Shown: positions 17,921 through 27,861 of the stretch, one piece after another
Layout: each line of letters begins with the position of its first letter
Numbering within the stretch: the first letter of the stretch is position 1
Assembly: GCA_016844925.1 (NCBI GenBank)
Contig: JAERTI010000056.1
Coordinates: 6,978-70,977, forward strand
Origin: Candidatus Uhrbacteria bacterium
GTDB lineage: Bacteria; Patescibacteriota; Patescibacteriia; UBA9934; GWF2-40-263
Direction of reading: 5' to 3'
Length of the DNA stretch: 64,000 bases
Translations under genes and position numbers: made by a program
The notes under the pieces: model-generated
Told to the model about the DNA's origin: nothing
What the model saw: only the letters and a program-made list of their open reading frames with translations
Database searches by the model: none

Positions 17921-19276
17921 CTAGCTCGCGCGTTGGGAGCTGAGCAGCATGGTCTCCATGTTTCCTTCACGGAACTGGAGGCCGATCTTGTCCTGCATGT
18001 CCCTCACGATCTCTACCGCGTTGCCGAGGCAGAAGCTGGCGCCCGGGGAGGGGGCCAGGGTGAAGGCGATGGGGGCGTCCGTGGCGATCACGCGGTCGGC
18101 GTCCTTGCGAAGCTCTCCGCTGACCAGGTTCACGGGCTGTCCACGCACGCCACCGGCACCCTTGTCGAGGATGATGTCCTCGGGGCGCAGCGACGGGATG
18201 ACCTTGCGGGCGCGGCGCAGGAACGCGCGCTTGCCCACGTAGGGCCACTCGTAGAGCATGTTCTCCAGGGCGAACTTGGAGATGTCCCAGTCGGCCAGGA
18301 TCTTCATCAGGGCCAAGATGCCGCGGGGGCTCACGAGCCCCACGCGCAGGAACTCCCAGATGGTCGCGTAGTTGTGGCGCTCGAGCATCGGGAGTGGTCG
18401 GGCCGTAGGGCCGAACCGCGTCTCGTCCGGGTTGTAGACCGCAGGGTCGCCGTGGACGGCCGCGAACGGCAGCTTGGGCAGCTGCATGGTGTAGACCTTG
18501 CCCTCGAGCAGGCCACCTGAGCGCACGCTCCGGTAGAAGCTTCCCGCGACGGGGAGCAGAGCGTACTCTTTGTGGTAGCCCAGCGCGTGTGCGTGCAGCA
18601 GCGAGCCGGAGCCCGCGCAGACGCTGACGTAGCGTCCGGTGTGGGCAACTCCATCGGCGGTGCGCACGACGAATCCGTCACGGGACGGTTCGATGCGCTC
18701 GACTTCCAGGTTGTAGAGGACGTCGACGGTGACGCCGTTTCCGCTGGCCTCCTGCGCCAGTTCGATGAACTTGCACGCCAGCTGGTGGTAGTCCACCGCG
18801 CGTCCGTGCGGGGTGTAGAGCGAGACGATGTCCTGCTGAGGGTCACGTCCCTCCATCACCATGGGTTCGACCTTGGTGATGTCATCGGGGCCCAGAAGCC
18901 GGATGTCCGAGAAGTGTTTCCGGAACTCGTCGAAGCGAAGCTTGAGACGGTCGGTCTCGCCATCGACGGCGATGACCTGCTTCTGGATGACCATGGAGCC
19001 GTCGGGCAGGTGGCGGCGGCAGAACCCCTCCAGGAGGTCCGAACCCCACTTGACCCGCAGGGCGCGCTCGAGATCGTAGTTCGTCTCGATCTCGCCGCGG
19101 TGCAGCGTCTGGCTGTTGTTGGTCACGTTGGAGTTGACCTCGCCGGGCTTCTCTCTGCGTTCGATGACCAGGATCCGTTTGGCATCGGTGTGCAAGGCAA
19201 GGAGCCAGGCCTGAGCTGCTCCCGTCACGCCTGCGCCGATGATGATCGCGTCGTACATCTGTTCCTCCTTCGGCAT
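17921..19276 (-). CDS. FAD-dependent oxidoreductase, malate:quinone oxidoreductase (Mqo)-like; high-GC island gene
   Basis: N-terminal dinucleotide-binding YDAIIIGAGVTGAA. VIERREKPGEVNSNVTNNSQTLHRGEIETNYD resembles the Mqo/LhgO family. 451 aa. Plus-strand ORFs across it are shadows. Confidence 0.6.
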   Translation of the reverse strand: MPKEEQMYDAIIIGAGVTGAAQAWLLALHTDAKRILVIERREKPGEVNSNVTNNSQTLHRGEIETNYDLERALRVKWGSDLLEGFCRRHLPDGSMVIQKQVIAVDGETDRLKLRFDEFRKHFSDIRLLGPDDITKVEPMVMEGRDPQQDIVSLYTPHGRAVDYHQLACKFIELAQEASGNGVTVDVLYNLEVERIEPSRDGFVVRTADGVAHTGRYVSVCAGSGSLLHAHALGYHKEYALLPVAGSFYRSVRSGGLLEGKVYTMQLPKLPFAAVHGDPAVYNPDETRFGPTARPLPMLERHNYATIWEFLRVGLVSPRGILALMKILADWDISKFALENMLYEWPYVGKRAFLRRARKVIPSLRPEDIILDKGAGGVRGQPVNLVSGELRKDADRVIATDAPIAFTLAPSPGASFCLGNAVEIVRDMQDKIGLQFREGNMETMLLSSQRAS

Positions 19277-19378
19277 TTCGGCAGGGTTGCCGATGCAGGA
19301 CCGTAGGCGAAAAAGCCTTACTTGTCAATGCTTGTCTGACACGAAGTGCATAAGGTATCATCCTCACGAAACCTATCT

Positions 19379-20377
19379 ATGAGACAAAAAGCCAACAAAA
19401 AATCACCAGAGGAACTGCGCGCAATTCTTGCCGCAGAGACGTTTAAGCGCACGTCGATTTCCTTTTACCGTTATGTGCACATTGAAGATCCAGACACACT
19501 AAGGGATAAACTTTACGACCTTTGGAAGGCCATGGGGGTCCTTGGTCGGATCTATGTGGCTAAGGAGGGGATTAATGCACAGCTGAACGTGCCTGAGCAT
19601 AATTTCGATGCATTCCGTGTTGCAGTGGATCTCTTTCCTGAGTTCAAAGATGTGCCATTTAAGGTGGGGCTTCATGAGGACGCCCCTTCATTTATCAAGC
19701 TGACGATTAAAGTACGAAAGTTTGTTTTGGCCGACGGTCTCGAACCAGGAGAATACGATGTAACGAATGTCGGAACGCATTTGAGCGCGCGTGAGTTTAA
19801 TGAGGCAATGGATGAGGGGGCGATTGTTGTAGACATGCGCAATAACTACGAGAGTGACATTGGTCATTTTGAAGGAGCGCTCTTGCCTGATGTAGAGACT
19901 TTTCGAGAAGAACTTCCTGTGGTCGGTGAAATGCTCAAAGGCTCTGAGGAGAAAAAGATTCTCTTGTATTGCACCGGTGGCATTCGTTGCGAGAAAACAA
20001 GCGCGTATTTGAAAGAGAAGGGGTTTCAAGATGTGAATCAGCTTCATGGGGGGATCATCGACTATAAACATCAGATTGATCGCGAAGGATTGGAATCGAA
20101 GTACAAAGGCAAGAATTATGTCTTTGATGGCCGCAGCGCTGAGCCTGTGACAGATGACGTGCTAGGAACGTGTTATCAGTGCAAGAGTCCTGCGGATACA
20201 CACGTGAACTGCGCGAATACAGTGTGTCACGTTCTGTTTATTCAGTGTGATGACTGTCAGGAGAACATGTCTGGTTCTTGTTCTGATGCTTGTAAGCAAA
20301 TTGCGGAACTCCCTGCTGAGCAGCAGAAACGAAAGCGTGCTGGGGTGAAAAGTGGAACAAAGATGGTAATGCGCTAA
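19379..20377 (+). CDS. trhO: rhodanese-domain tRNA U34 hydroxylase-like protein (TrhO/YceA, UPF0176 family)
   Basis: Rhodanese active-site loop CTGGIRCEK and a Cys-rich C-terminus (CYQCKSPADTHVNCANTVCH). Start taken at MRQKANKK, downstream of a TTGTCT-N18-TATCAT promoter-like site. Confidence 0.7.
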   Translation: MRQKANKKSPEELRAILAAETFKRTSISFYRYVHIEDPDTLRDKLYDLWKAMGVLGRIYVAKEGINAQLNVPEHNFDAFRVAVDLFPEFKDVPFKVGLHEDAPSFIKLTIKVRKFVLADGLEPGEYDVTNVGTHLSAREFNEAMDEGAIVVDMRNNYESDIGHFEGALLPDVETFREELPVVGEMLKGSEEKKILLYCTGGIRCEKTSAYLKEKGFQDVNQLHGGIIDYKHQIDREGLESKYKGKNYVFDGRSAEPVTDDVLGTCYQCKSPADTHVNCANTVCHVLFIQCDDCQENMSGSCSDACKQIAELPAEQQKRKRAGVKSGTKMVMR

Positions 20378-20390
20378 GAACGCATGAATG

Positions 20391-20424
20391 AAAAAAAGAG
20401 ACTTGTGAGCAAGTCTCTTTTTGT
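20391..20424. terminator. bidirectional intrinsic terminator between convergent trhO and glpK
   Basis: AAAAAAAGAGACTTG-tgagc-AAGTCTCTTTTTG. Confidence 0.7.
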
Positions 20425-20432
20425 TTGAGTGT

Positions 20433-21566
20433 TTAGTCGAAGATGAGTTTTGCGACCCCTAAAGCGGTTCCATCGAAGGGATCTTGCTGGACGACTGGAA
20501 TCCCTGAGATTCGCTCCTGCACTTCTTTCATGATCCCGTCGCGAACGACACCCCCGTCGATGACGATCTCTGTAGGAGTGGTGGGAAGCCGCTTGATGTA
20601 CGCGTCCACCTCGTGGGCGATCTCCTCGATGACTCGTCGAAGTTTTCCATCGTCTTCAAGGGCGTCGTCAACCCGACGCCCACAGTCTGCCACCTTCGCC
20701 TCAAGCGCAAAGAGGGAACAGGCTTTTCCTGGCACGAGGGTGGTAAAGAACGGTTCATGTCGCTGGAAAGTATCGCCGATGACCTGTACCAAAAATGCCC
20801 CGGTACCGTAGGTCACTTTCGTTGTAAGTGCATCAGTGCCGGCAGCAAAGAGGCTGGCCTGTTGATCACCTGCGACAGCACGTACTGGAAGATTGGCGCC
20901 AACAACATCCTCTCGAAGCTCGCCGAACAGTGATTGTGATGGGAGAACATGTGGGAGGAGCGATTCGGGTACCTGGAAGATCTCTAGGAGCTCAGAGTCC
21001 CATGCGGCATCGCGGATATTGTAAAGAAGCGTTCGTGAAGCGTTTGTGCAGTCTGTGACGTGGGGTTGGTCTTTGCAGAGATTCCAGAGGATCCATGTGT
21101 CGACGGTGCCGAACAGGGCTGTCTCAGGAACAGAGACGTTGTCTAAAATCCAATGAATCTTTGATGCAGAAAAGTAGGAGTCACTCGTCAGGCCGGTTTT
21201 CTCGTTGATGGTCGCTTCGTGCTCCTGTTTGATCTGCTCGCAGTAAGCTTTTGTTCTTGCATCTTCCCACACGATAGCAGGGTAGACCGGTTCGCCGGTT
21301 ATCTTGTCCCAAATAATCGTCGTCTCACGCTGGTTGGTGATTCCCATGCCAACGATTCGATGAAGGTTGATACCGTCACATACTTCTCTTAAGAGTGTGC
21401 GACTTACCTCGAGGAGTTCCTGCGGATCTTGTTCCACCCAGCCCTCTTCAGGAAAGACCTTCCCGATTTTCTTGTAAACTTTTTTTACGATCTGGTTCTG
21501 CTCATCAAAAAGAAGTGCCTTGATGCCAGTTGTTCCAATATCTAGGACCAGTGAGAGTTTATCCAT
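20433..21566 (-). CDS. glpK: glycerol kinase (FGGY family), compact 377-aa form
   Basis: LDIGTTGIKALLF N-terminus, GITNQRETTIIWDK, GTVDTWILWNL...HVTDCTNASRTLLYNI, and a C-terminal IDGGVVRDG motif. About 120 aa shorter than canonical GlpK. Confidence 0.75.
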   Translation of the reverse strand: MDKLSLVLDIGTTGIKALLFDEQNQIVKKVYKKIGKVFPEEGWVEQDPQELLEVSRTLLREVCDGINLHRIVGMGITNQRETTIIWDKITGEPVYPAIVWEDARTKAYCEQIKQEHEATINEKTGLTSDSYFSASKIHWILDNVSVPETALFGTVDTWILWNLCKDQPHVTDCTNASRTLLYNIRDAAWDSELLEIFQVPESLLPHVLPSQSLFGELREDVVGANLPVRAVAGDQQASLFAAGTDALTTKVTYGTGAFLVQVIGDTFQRHEPFFTTLVPGKACSLFALEAKVADCGRRVDDALEDDGKLRRVIEEIAHEVDAYIKRLPTTPTEIVIDGGVVRDGIMKEVQERISGIPVVQQDPFDGTALGVAKLIFD

Positions 21567-22452
21567 AGATAGCAGATTCCAAGGTCTCTTTCAGGGGTTC
21601 GTTGTGTGTGATGATTCGGTGTAGGGCCATAAGTAGAGGGAAGGTGTCTCGCTCCTTGCCAAGCATTTCCACAACAATCGGCAGCGCACGGCACCCCTCT
21701 TTGTTGCGCTCACAATCAACACCCTGAGCGAGTTGGACGCCAAAAGTTCTGTGTCCCGAGTGCTCACTGAATCCTGTGGCGATGAAGTCTCCAAAGCCTG
21801 CAGGACCAAGGGTCGTTTTATGATCACCACCTAGTTGTTCAATAATATCTAGCATTTCACCCATGGCCTTGCTTGCTAGCCATCCCTTCATATTGTCGCC
21901 CCAGCCAAGACCATGCGCAGCTCCAAGACCCATGGCGTAGATGTTCTTCATGACACCACAAAGGGCCGCGCCGTGTGCGTCCGCCGTCGTTTCAAGGGCG
22001 ATGGAGGTATTCTTAAATAGTTCTGTGAGAGCCTCTCGTGCGTGCTCGCTGGCTGAAGCAGCTACAGCAACACCACCGGCACCTGCCTCAAGCTCTTCGC
22101 CCAAGAGTGGTCCACCGAGAATGGCAAACGGCTGCTCGGGTGGGAGGATGTTCGCGAGTACTTCGTTCATGGTCTGGTGAGAGTCTGTTTCGATGCTTTT
22201 GGCGAGAGAAACAATGACCGTGCCTGGGCTGAGTAGGGGAGCAATGTCCACGATGGCAGGTCGGATGGCGAACGATGGAATACAAAGAAAGAGAACATTC
22301 GCTTTGGGAACAATCGCCTCAAGTGGTTGCTGATCAGCAACACGTTCAGGATTTTTATCCCACATGTCGATCGAGACGTCTTTTTCTTTCAAGACAGTGG
22401 CTATGGCAGAGCCGATTTCACCGGCACCAAGAATGAGAACGTGTTGAGACAT
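21559..22452 (-). CDS. gpsA: NAD(P)H-dependent glycerol-3-phosphate dehydrogenase
   Basis: Rossmann LILGAGEIGSAIA, and a GVMKNIYAMGLGAAHGLGWGDNMKGWL segment like the GpsA signature region. Overlaps glpK by 8 nt. Confidence 0.8.
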   Translation of the reverse strand: MSQHVLILGAGEIGSAIATVLKEKDVSIDMWDKNPERVADQQPLEAIVPKANVLFLCIPSFAIRPAIVDIAPLLSPGTVIVSLAKSIETDSHQTMNEVLANILPPEQPFAILGGPLLGEELEAGAGGVAVAASASEHAREALTELFKNTSIALETTADAHGAALCGVMKNIYAMGLGAAHGLGWGDNMKGWLASKAMGEMLDIIEQLGGDHKTTLGPAGFGDFIATGFSEHSGHRTFGVQLAQGVDCERNKEGCRALPIVVEMLGKERDTFPLLMALHRIITHNEPLKETLESAIYG

Positions 22453-22549
22453 AGGGCGTGTTCATTGAGTAGTATTCCAATTATACCAGCTCACTGTGGG
22501 GGATCTAGGGGGTTGGGGACTAGTAATATTCTGAGAATCTGGTATAACC

Positions 22550-24016
22550 TTGCATTCTATGGCACAAGGAAATGTAGTCGTTCGATTTGATGACGTAACC
22601 TTTGGTTACACAAAGGAAAAGCCTAATCTAAAAGAGGCGAGTTTTTCTGTTCGTGAAGACGTGAAGTATACCCTCATGGGGCAAAATGGTGCAGGGAAAA
22701 GTACCATGTTCAAACTGATCACAGGGGAACTCCAGCCAGACAAAGGGAAGATTCACATCTCGCCAACGGCCTCTATTGCTACGGCCAAGCAGGTCATGGC
22801 ACGGGAGCATCTTACAGAGACGGTGCGTGAATACTTTGCTCATGCGTTTGAGGAGGTACCTTACAATCTCGACAAGCGTGTTCAAGACGCTCTTGAGGTG
22901 GTGAACTTCGCTGTTCCACTTGAGAAGATCGTCGGAGAGCTTTCGGGTGGGCAGCAGGCACGACTGCTCCTTGCGTATGCATTGATTCAAGAGCCAGACA
23001 TTCTTCTTCTTGATGAGCCAACGAACAATCTAGATCGAGACGGGATCGACTACCTGACAGCATTTCTCATCATGTACCCAAAGACGGTGCTTGTTATTTC
23101 TCACGACGCAGACTTTCTCAACAGCTTTACCGAAGGAGTGCTGCATCTGGATGTCTACACAGGAAAGGTTGATAAGTACGATGGAAACTATACAGACGTT
23201 GTTGAGGAGATTAAGGCTCGCGTTGAGCGTGATCGCGCACGGAACGCACAGCTGCTTAAAACCATCCAGGATCGTAAAGACAAGGTAAACTTTTTCTCCA
23301 ACAAGGGAGGAAAGATGCGTAAGCTTGCCAGTAAGTTGCGCGATGAGATTGCTGAGGCAGAAGCGAATATGGTTGGTGTGAAGCGAGATGACAAGACGAT
23401 CAACAACTTCACGATTCCAGCACAGCCATTTAAGGAGGCTATTGTAAAACTCGACGCGGTGAAGGTGATCTTGAATCACGAGCCGCATCGTGCGGAAGTA
23501 AACATTGAACTAAGGCGGAAGCAACACGTGCTTGTGAAGGGGCCCAATGGGATAGGGAAGAGTACGCTCCTTCGGACGCTTGCGGGTGGAACATCGCCTG
23601 AGGCAAAGATCGCTGAGGGGGTAAAGGTGGGTTACTATCGCCAAGACTTCTCAGGACTAGATTTTGACCAGACAGCCTACGAGTCACTCGCCTCGATGAT
23701 GGACATGCCTGACAACGAAGAGATTCGTCGTACAGGCGCGCAGTTCCTCTTAAATGGAGATGTGCTCGCGACAAAGGTCGGAGCGCTCTCAGAGGGGCAA
23801 AAAGGACTACTCTGCTTTGCGCGGTTTGTTCTTCAGCAGCCAGCATTACTCATTTTTGATGAGCCAACCAATCACATTAACTTTAGGCACCTTCCTGTTA
23901 TTGCAAAGGCGATCAATGCCTATGAGGGGTGTGTGCTGATGGTGAGCCACGCGGATGAGTTTGTTCAGCAAATTGAATTTGATAGCACCATCGATTTATC
24001 GAAGTTGATCAAATAG
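22550..24016 (+). CDS. ABC-F family ATP-binding protein (two tandem ABC domains, no TMD; translation-factor/Uup-EttA-like)
   Basis: Two Walker A sites (GQNGAGKST, GPNGIGKST), two LSGGQ-type signature motifs, Walker B DEPTN twice, and an interdomain linker. Confidence 0.85.
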   Translation: MHSMAQGNVVVRFDDVTFGYTKEKPNLKEASFSVREDVKYTLMGQNGAGKSTMFKLITGELQPDKGKIHISPTASIATAKQVMAREHLTETVREYFAHAFEEVPYNLDKRVQDALEVVNFAVPLEKIVGELSGGQQARLLLAYALIQEPDILLLDEPTNNLDRDGIDYLTAFLIMYPKTVLVISHDADFLNSFTEGVLHLDVYTGKVDKYDGNYTDVVEEIKARVERDRARNAQLLKTIQDRKDKVNFFSNKGGKMRKLASKLRDEIAEAEANMVGVKRDDKTINNFTIPAQPFKEAIVKLDAVKVILNHEPHRAEVNIELRRKQHVLVKGPNGIGKSTLLRTLAGGTSPEAKIAEGVKVGYYRQDFSGLDFDQTAYESLASMMDMPDNEEIRRTGAQFLLNGDVLATKVGALSEGQKGLLCFARFVLQQPALLIFDEPTNHINFRHLPVIAKAINAYEGCVLMVSHADEFVQQIEFDSTIDLSKLIK

Positions 24017-24020
24017 AAAT

Positions 24021-24053
24021 AAAATCACCCCTCGTAAGGGGTGATTTTTTATT
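24021..24053. terminator. bidirectional intrinsic terminator
   Basis: AAAATCACCCCT-cgtaa-GGGGTGATTTTTT. Confidence 0.75.
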
Positions 24054-24057
24054 GGGG

Positions 24058-24471
24058 TTAGTACTGGAACCAGTTGGAAGGTTCCTGGCCGTCACCACCT
24101 GAGACGTTTTTCGGTGCCTGACGTGGGGATGGTGTTGTGTCACCGCCGAGTAACGTCAAGATCTGATCAAGTTTACGATTCATTTCAGCAACTTCCTCTT
24201 TCAGGCTAGGGCCTGCTGGTGCCTTGCTAAAAGACGGCCTGTTAGATGAACGCTGGAATGAGAGTCGTCCACGGGAAGGTGTTTTTCCAAATGAACCTTT
24301 TGTTTTGCGAAAACAATCGCTACACAATACAGGTTTCTTCCCGTTTGGTTTAAATGGAACGGTGCAGGGAGAGGCACAGTCGCTGCAGCGAGCCTTGTGA
24401 CTAGCTTTTGTCCCAATAAATCCACTTCTTCCTTTGTACGCACCTCGAGGTTCTCGTTTGAATTTATGCAT
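24058..24471 (-). CDS. basic zinc-ribbon protein (CxxC-x17-CxxC), unknown function
   Basis: CSDCASPC...PVLCSDCF, flanked by Lys/Arg-rich, low-complexity segments. Confidence 0.5.
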   Translation of the reverse strand: MHKFKREPRGAYKGRSGFIGTKASHKARCSDCASPCTVPFKPNGKKPVLCSDCFRKTKGSFGKTPSRGRLSFQRSSNRPSFSKAPAGPSLKEEVAEMNRKLDQILTLLGGDTTPSPRQAPKNVSGGDGQEPSNWFQY

Positions 24472-24556
24472 AGTAACGATTCATGTCAGGTCGCGAAGAC
24501 TAATGGAATCTTTACTCTCTGTCAAGAATTTGTCTGAAGAAATGGCTCTGCAATAA

Positions 24557-25447
24557 CTAGTTTGTGGCTGAAAATGGGATAACATACGAACAACCGTTGC
24601 TTCCAGAGATCGTTGCATAGCCATCAATACTACTCTCACCGGTTGCGTAGAATTCATATTCTACGGGGAATGTGTCGTGCTCATAATCAAGGAGCAGATC
24701 ACCCTGACTGTCTACGGGGATGCCAGCGTCAACAGATGCTCCAGATTGTGCGTAAACATTTACGTTTTCTCCAGCAACGAGGTAGAGGCTCTGGTTTCCG
24801 ATTTGAGCGTGCATGTCACCCGTTGGCTCGCCGGTATCAAGGTCATATTCTGTTGTGAGCTCCATTGATGCTGGGAGATTAGGGAAGGAGGCAACATCAT
24901 CCCCGCAATCAGACTCTGCTTGTTCATGAGTGATGTTCCAGGAACCCTGTGTTAACGGGAACCACTCGTTGTCAGGTAGTTCGGCTTCCATCAGCTCCAT
25001 GTGAAAAGATTGCGTGCCTTGGTCATGGTGCACATACCCATCAATCACATCAGAGTCCACAGCAGTGAATTCAAAGTACGCTGTGGAACCACCTTGAGTT
25101 CTTGGAGTTGTCTGATAAGTGTAGGGGACAGAAAAGGAGCTGTTGTGAAAGAAGAGCTGTTGTCCATCTGCGTGCATGATGACGTAGTTGGCATCAGGAT
25201 CTGAGTAAACATAGGCAGAGCCCAGATTTCCGATATCTAACTTGAACGACCAGGTTCCAGAGAGAGGGACACCTGTAAGAGGGTCTAGATCACTAACGAT
25301 ATCTCCAGGGGAGATATCTGGACCATCGCCTACAGTGTAGGCGGCAAATGCACCGGCTGCGACAAGTATGGCTGCCGTGATAATAACGATAAGTCGGCGT
25401 CTGCTACGAGGGTGATGTTCTTCGGACATAGGATTAAGAAGAGTCAT
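24557..25447 (-). CDS. membrane-anchored extracytoplasmic protein, unknown function
   Basis: Start taken at MTLLNPMSEEHH; the ORF-track N-terminal extension overlaps the csp gene. TM anchor LIVIITAAILVAAGAFAAY. Coordinates accurate to a few nt. Confidence 0.5.
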   Translation of the reverse strand: MTLLNPMSEEHHPRSRRRLIVIITAAILVAAGAFAAYTVGDGPDISPGDIVSDLDPLTGVPLSGTWSFKLDIGNLGSAYVYSDPDANYVIMHADGQQLFFHNSSFSVPYTYQTTPRTQGGSTAYFEFTAVDSDVIDGYVHHDQGTQSFHMELMEAELPDNEWFPLTQGSWNITHEQAESDCGDDVASFPNLPASMELTTEYDLDTGEPTGDMHAQIGNQSLYLVAGENVNVYAQSGASVDAGIPVDSQGDLLLDYEHDTFPVEYEFYATGESSIDGYATISGSNGCSYVIPFSATN

Positions 25448-25553
25448 TAGTTGTGTGTGAGATGAACGGTACCAAGTACTCAGGAAATCACAAGTGGACT
25501 GATGGAATAGATAAAGCAAAACACCCGCTTGCGCGGGTGTTTTGTTTTTGTGC

Positions 25554-25751
25554 TTAGGCGCGCTGTACGTTTGTAGCACGAGGTCCCTTGTCGGAATCCT
25601 CGGTCTCAAACGTGACAGTGTCACCCTCGCGGAGCTCGTCAAACATGACATCAACGAGAGCAGATGTGTGGAAGAACAAGTCCTTCTCCTCACCCTCAAC
25701 GCTGATGAAACCGAACCCCTTGTCAGTCAATCGTGCGATTGTACCAGTCAT
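25554..25751 (-). CDS. csp: cold-shock protein (CspA family)
   Basis: GTIARLTDKGFGFISVEGEEKDLFFH RNP motifs; 65 aa. Confidence 0.9.
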   Translation of the reverse strand: MTGTIARLTDKGFGFISVEGEEKDLFFHTSALVDVMFDELREGDTVTFETEDSDKGPRATNVQRA

Positions 25752-25898
25752 AGGTGTGTCTCATTGTGAATTATCCACAAATTCCGCCTCACGTGGGGAA
25801 TTCGTCGGAACTCCACTCTGAGTACGTTTTGCATGCGCAAGACTACACCAGAATCAGTTTTTTGTCAAGGTCTGATTGTTGGGCATCTTGAGTATGAA

Positions 25899-26282
25899 CT
25901 ATTCCAAGATCCCTCTCTTTTTCATCACCCCCTCTGTCTTTTTAATAATTTCGGCCAAAGAGTGTTCTGTTTTTACAAGATAGAGATCGATGCCGCACTG
26001 TTTGCACGCTTCTCGATCTTCTTCTTGAGCGAGAACGGTAAGAACAATAACAGGCGTGTCTTTAAGAGCTTCGTTTGCACGGATCTCTTTGAGAAAATCA
26101 AAGCCATCTTTGACTGGCATAATGAGATCCAGCAAGACAAGATCGGGTTTTTCAGATTGCAGTAATTTCAATCCTTCATCACCGTTTTCCGCTGTAAGCA
26201 TTTCGTACCCTGCTTTTTCAAAGCCGTACTTGTAAGTCTTTGTGTAGAATTCATCATCTTCGATGAGGAGGATTTTTTTCAT
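25899..26282 (-). CDS. stand-alone response-regulator receiver domain (CheY-like)
   Basis: KILLIEDDE with the acidic pocket, phospho-acceptor LLDLIMP, and a conserved K in VKTEHS. No output domain. Confidence 0.8.
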   Translation of the reverse strand: MKKILLIEDDEFYTKTYKYGFEKAGYEMLTAENGDEGLKLLQSEKPDLVLLDLIMPVKDGFDFLKEIRANEALKDTPVIVLTVLAQEEDREACKQCGIDLYLVKTEHSLAEIIKKTEGVMKKRGILE

Positions 26283-26283
26283 A

Positions 26284-27852
26284 CTAGGCATTAGATTTTT
26301 TAGAAGCTACCGTTGGGAAGGAAAGGAAGAAGGTTGAACCTTTTCCTTCGCCCGGTGATTTGAACCAAAGTTGACCATTGAGTAATCGAACGATCATTTT
26401 TGATATGTAGAGTCCTAAGCCAGAACCACTGGCATAGACCTTTCGTGCATTATCTGCGCGGAAAAATCTTGTAAAGATTTCTTGTTGCTCGTGTTTGCTT
26501 ATGCCAATTCCATTATCTTTGATAGACAGAATAACAACTCCATCTACTTCCTCTAGAGAGATGTCGACTCTTGCACGTTGTTTACGTGAGTAATGAGCGG
26601 CGTTGGTTAAGAGATTTTGAATCACTTGCTCTGTAAGGTTTTTGTCGACACGAATTTGCGAAAGAGTCTCTGATGGTTTTTTGTAGTTGATCTTAATGCG
26701 TTTTTCTTCAAAAAGATGACTCAGTGCCCCGATAGTTTTTTCGACTAAAGACGGGAGGTCAACACGACGAAGTTGTAGATCAATTTTTCCGCCCTCAAGA
26801 CGAGAGATATCCAGCAGTTGGTCAATAAGACCGATCATACGTTCTGTTGAGACCTCGATGTCCGTTAAGAATTCTTGTTGGTGTGTGGTGAGGTGGTCTA
26901 TTCCTTCGCTCTTAAACGTTTCTAGGAGGAGTTTAATGCCTCCAATGGGGGTGCGGAGCTGATGAGAGGCAAGAGAGACAAATTCCGTCTTCATCATGTC
27001 AATTTGTTTCTCTTTTGTGATATCAACGGCAACCCCAATGAGTCCAATAGGTTTGTTGTTTTGTTTGAGAACAAAGTTATGCATCAGGGCTGGAAATGTT
27101 GAACCATCTTTTCTTTTGTGGACGATTTCACCTGAAAGATGACCCTTTTTGAGAAGTGTTTTATTAAAAGTCTCAACAGTAGTCAGTTCAGTTTCCGGGT
27201 GAAAGATTGATAAATGTTTTCCAATAAGTTCCTCTTTTTTGTATCCATGATCCTTCGCCCATGCATTGTTGACGTACGTAATATTCCCCTCGAGGTCGGC
27301 AAAGGCGATCTGTTGTGTGGATTGATCGATAACAAATTTATAACGATTGAGCTCGCCTTCGATTTTCTTTCTTTCGGTTATATCCTGTACATTTCCTATC
27401 GACCTCAGCGCTTTTCCGTTTTTATCGTATTCTGTATCACAACGTTCGTTCACGATACGAATACTGCCGTCGGGGCGAATAATTCGGTGCTCAATGTTAT
27501 AAGGCTGCCTTTTCTTAACAGAAGTCCAGTAAGCCTTATCCACTTTCTTTCTATCATCGGGATGCACTCTCTCTAAGAACGCTTCATAGGTTGCTGCAAA
27601 TTCTTGTGGCTTTAAACCAAAGATTCGATAGATTTCGTCAGTCCAGGTGAGTACGTTTTTTTCGATATCCAAGTGCCAACTTCCAAGATGGGCAATCTCT
27701 TGCGACTTGTTTAAGTTTCGCTCACTTTCTTCTAGTGCCTTTTTGGCTTTCTCGAGCTGGAAATACGCATCTCGAAGTAGGGAAACTTCAATTTCCAGAC
27801 CTTCAATCTTTTCGTGCAATTCGTCCACTTGTTTTTTTGTGTCTTTAGACAT
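26284..27852 (-). CDS. cytoplasmic sensor histidine kinase with an N-terminal coiled coil, tandem PAS domains, HisKA and HATPase_c
   Basis: H-box SHQLRTPI, N/G boxes (NLLTNAAHYS, DNGIGI, GSGLGL), and PAS-like repeats. No TM segment. Confidence 0.85.
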   Translation of the reverse strand: MSKDTKKQVDELHEKIEGLEIEVSLLRDAYFQLEKAKKALEESERNLNKSQEIAHLGSWHLDIEKNVLTWTDEIYRIFGLKPQEFAATYEAFLERVHPDDRKKVDKAYWTSVKKRQPYNIEHRIIRPDGSIRIVNERCDTEYDKNGKALRSIGNVQDITERKKIEGELNRYKFVIDQSTQQIAFADLEGNITYVNNAWAKDHGYKKEELIGKHLSIFHPETELTTVETFNKTLLKKGHLSGEIVHKRKDGSTFPALMHNFVLKQNNKPIGLIGVAVDITKEKQIDMMKTEFVSLASHQLRTPIGGIKLLLETFKSEGIDHLTTHQQEFLTDIEVSTERMIGLIDQLLDISRLEGGKIDLQLRRVDLPSLVEKTIGALSHLFEEKRIKINYKKPSETLSQIRVDKNLTEQVIQNLLTNAAHYSRKQRARVDISLEEVDGVVILSIKDNGIGISKHEQQEIFTRFFRADNARKVYASGSGLGLYISKMIVRLLNGQLWFKSPGEGKGSTFFLSFPTVASKKSNA

Positions 27853-27861
27853 GGGAGTGGA

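Noticed and set aside
17875-17970. N-terminal 32-codon extension of msrA in the ORF track
   Set aside because: The extension overlaps the stop region of the Mqo-like gene and switches to high GC. The conserved MsrA N-terminus begins at MPNKQAVFAGGCFWG.
17906-19306. Plus-strand ORFs (204 aa, 244 aa and others) across the Mqo-like gene
   Set aside because: Shadow frames in high-GC DNA. The minus strand has a dinucleotide-binding fold and family motifs.
23030-23846. Minus-strand ORFs inside the ABC-F gene
   Set aside because: The plus strand encodes two complete ABC domains.
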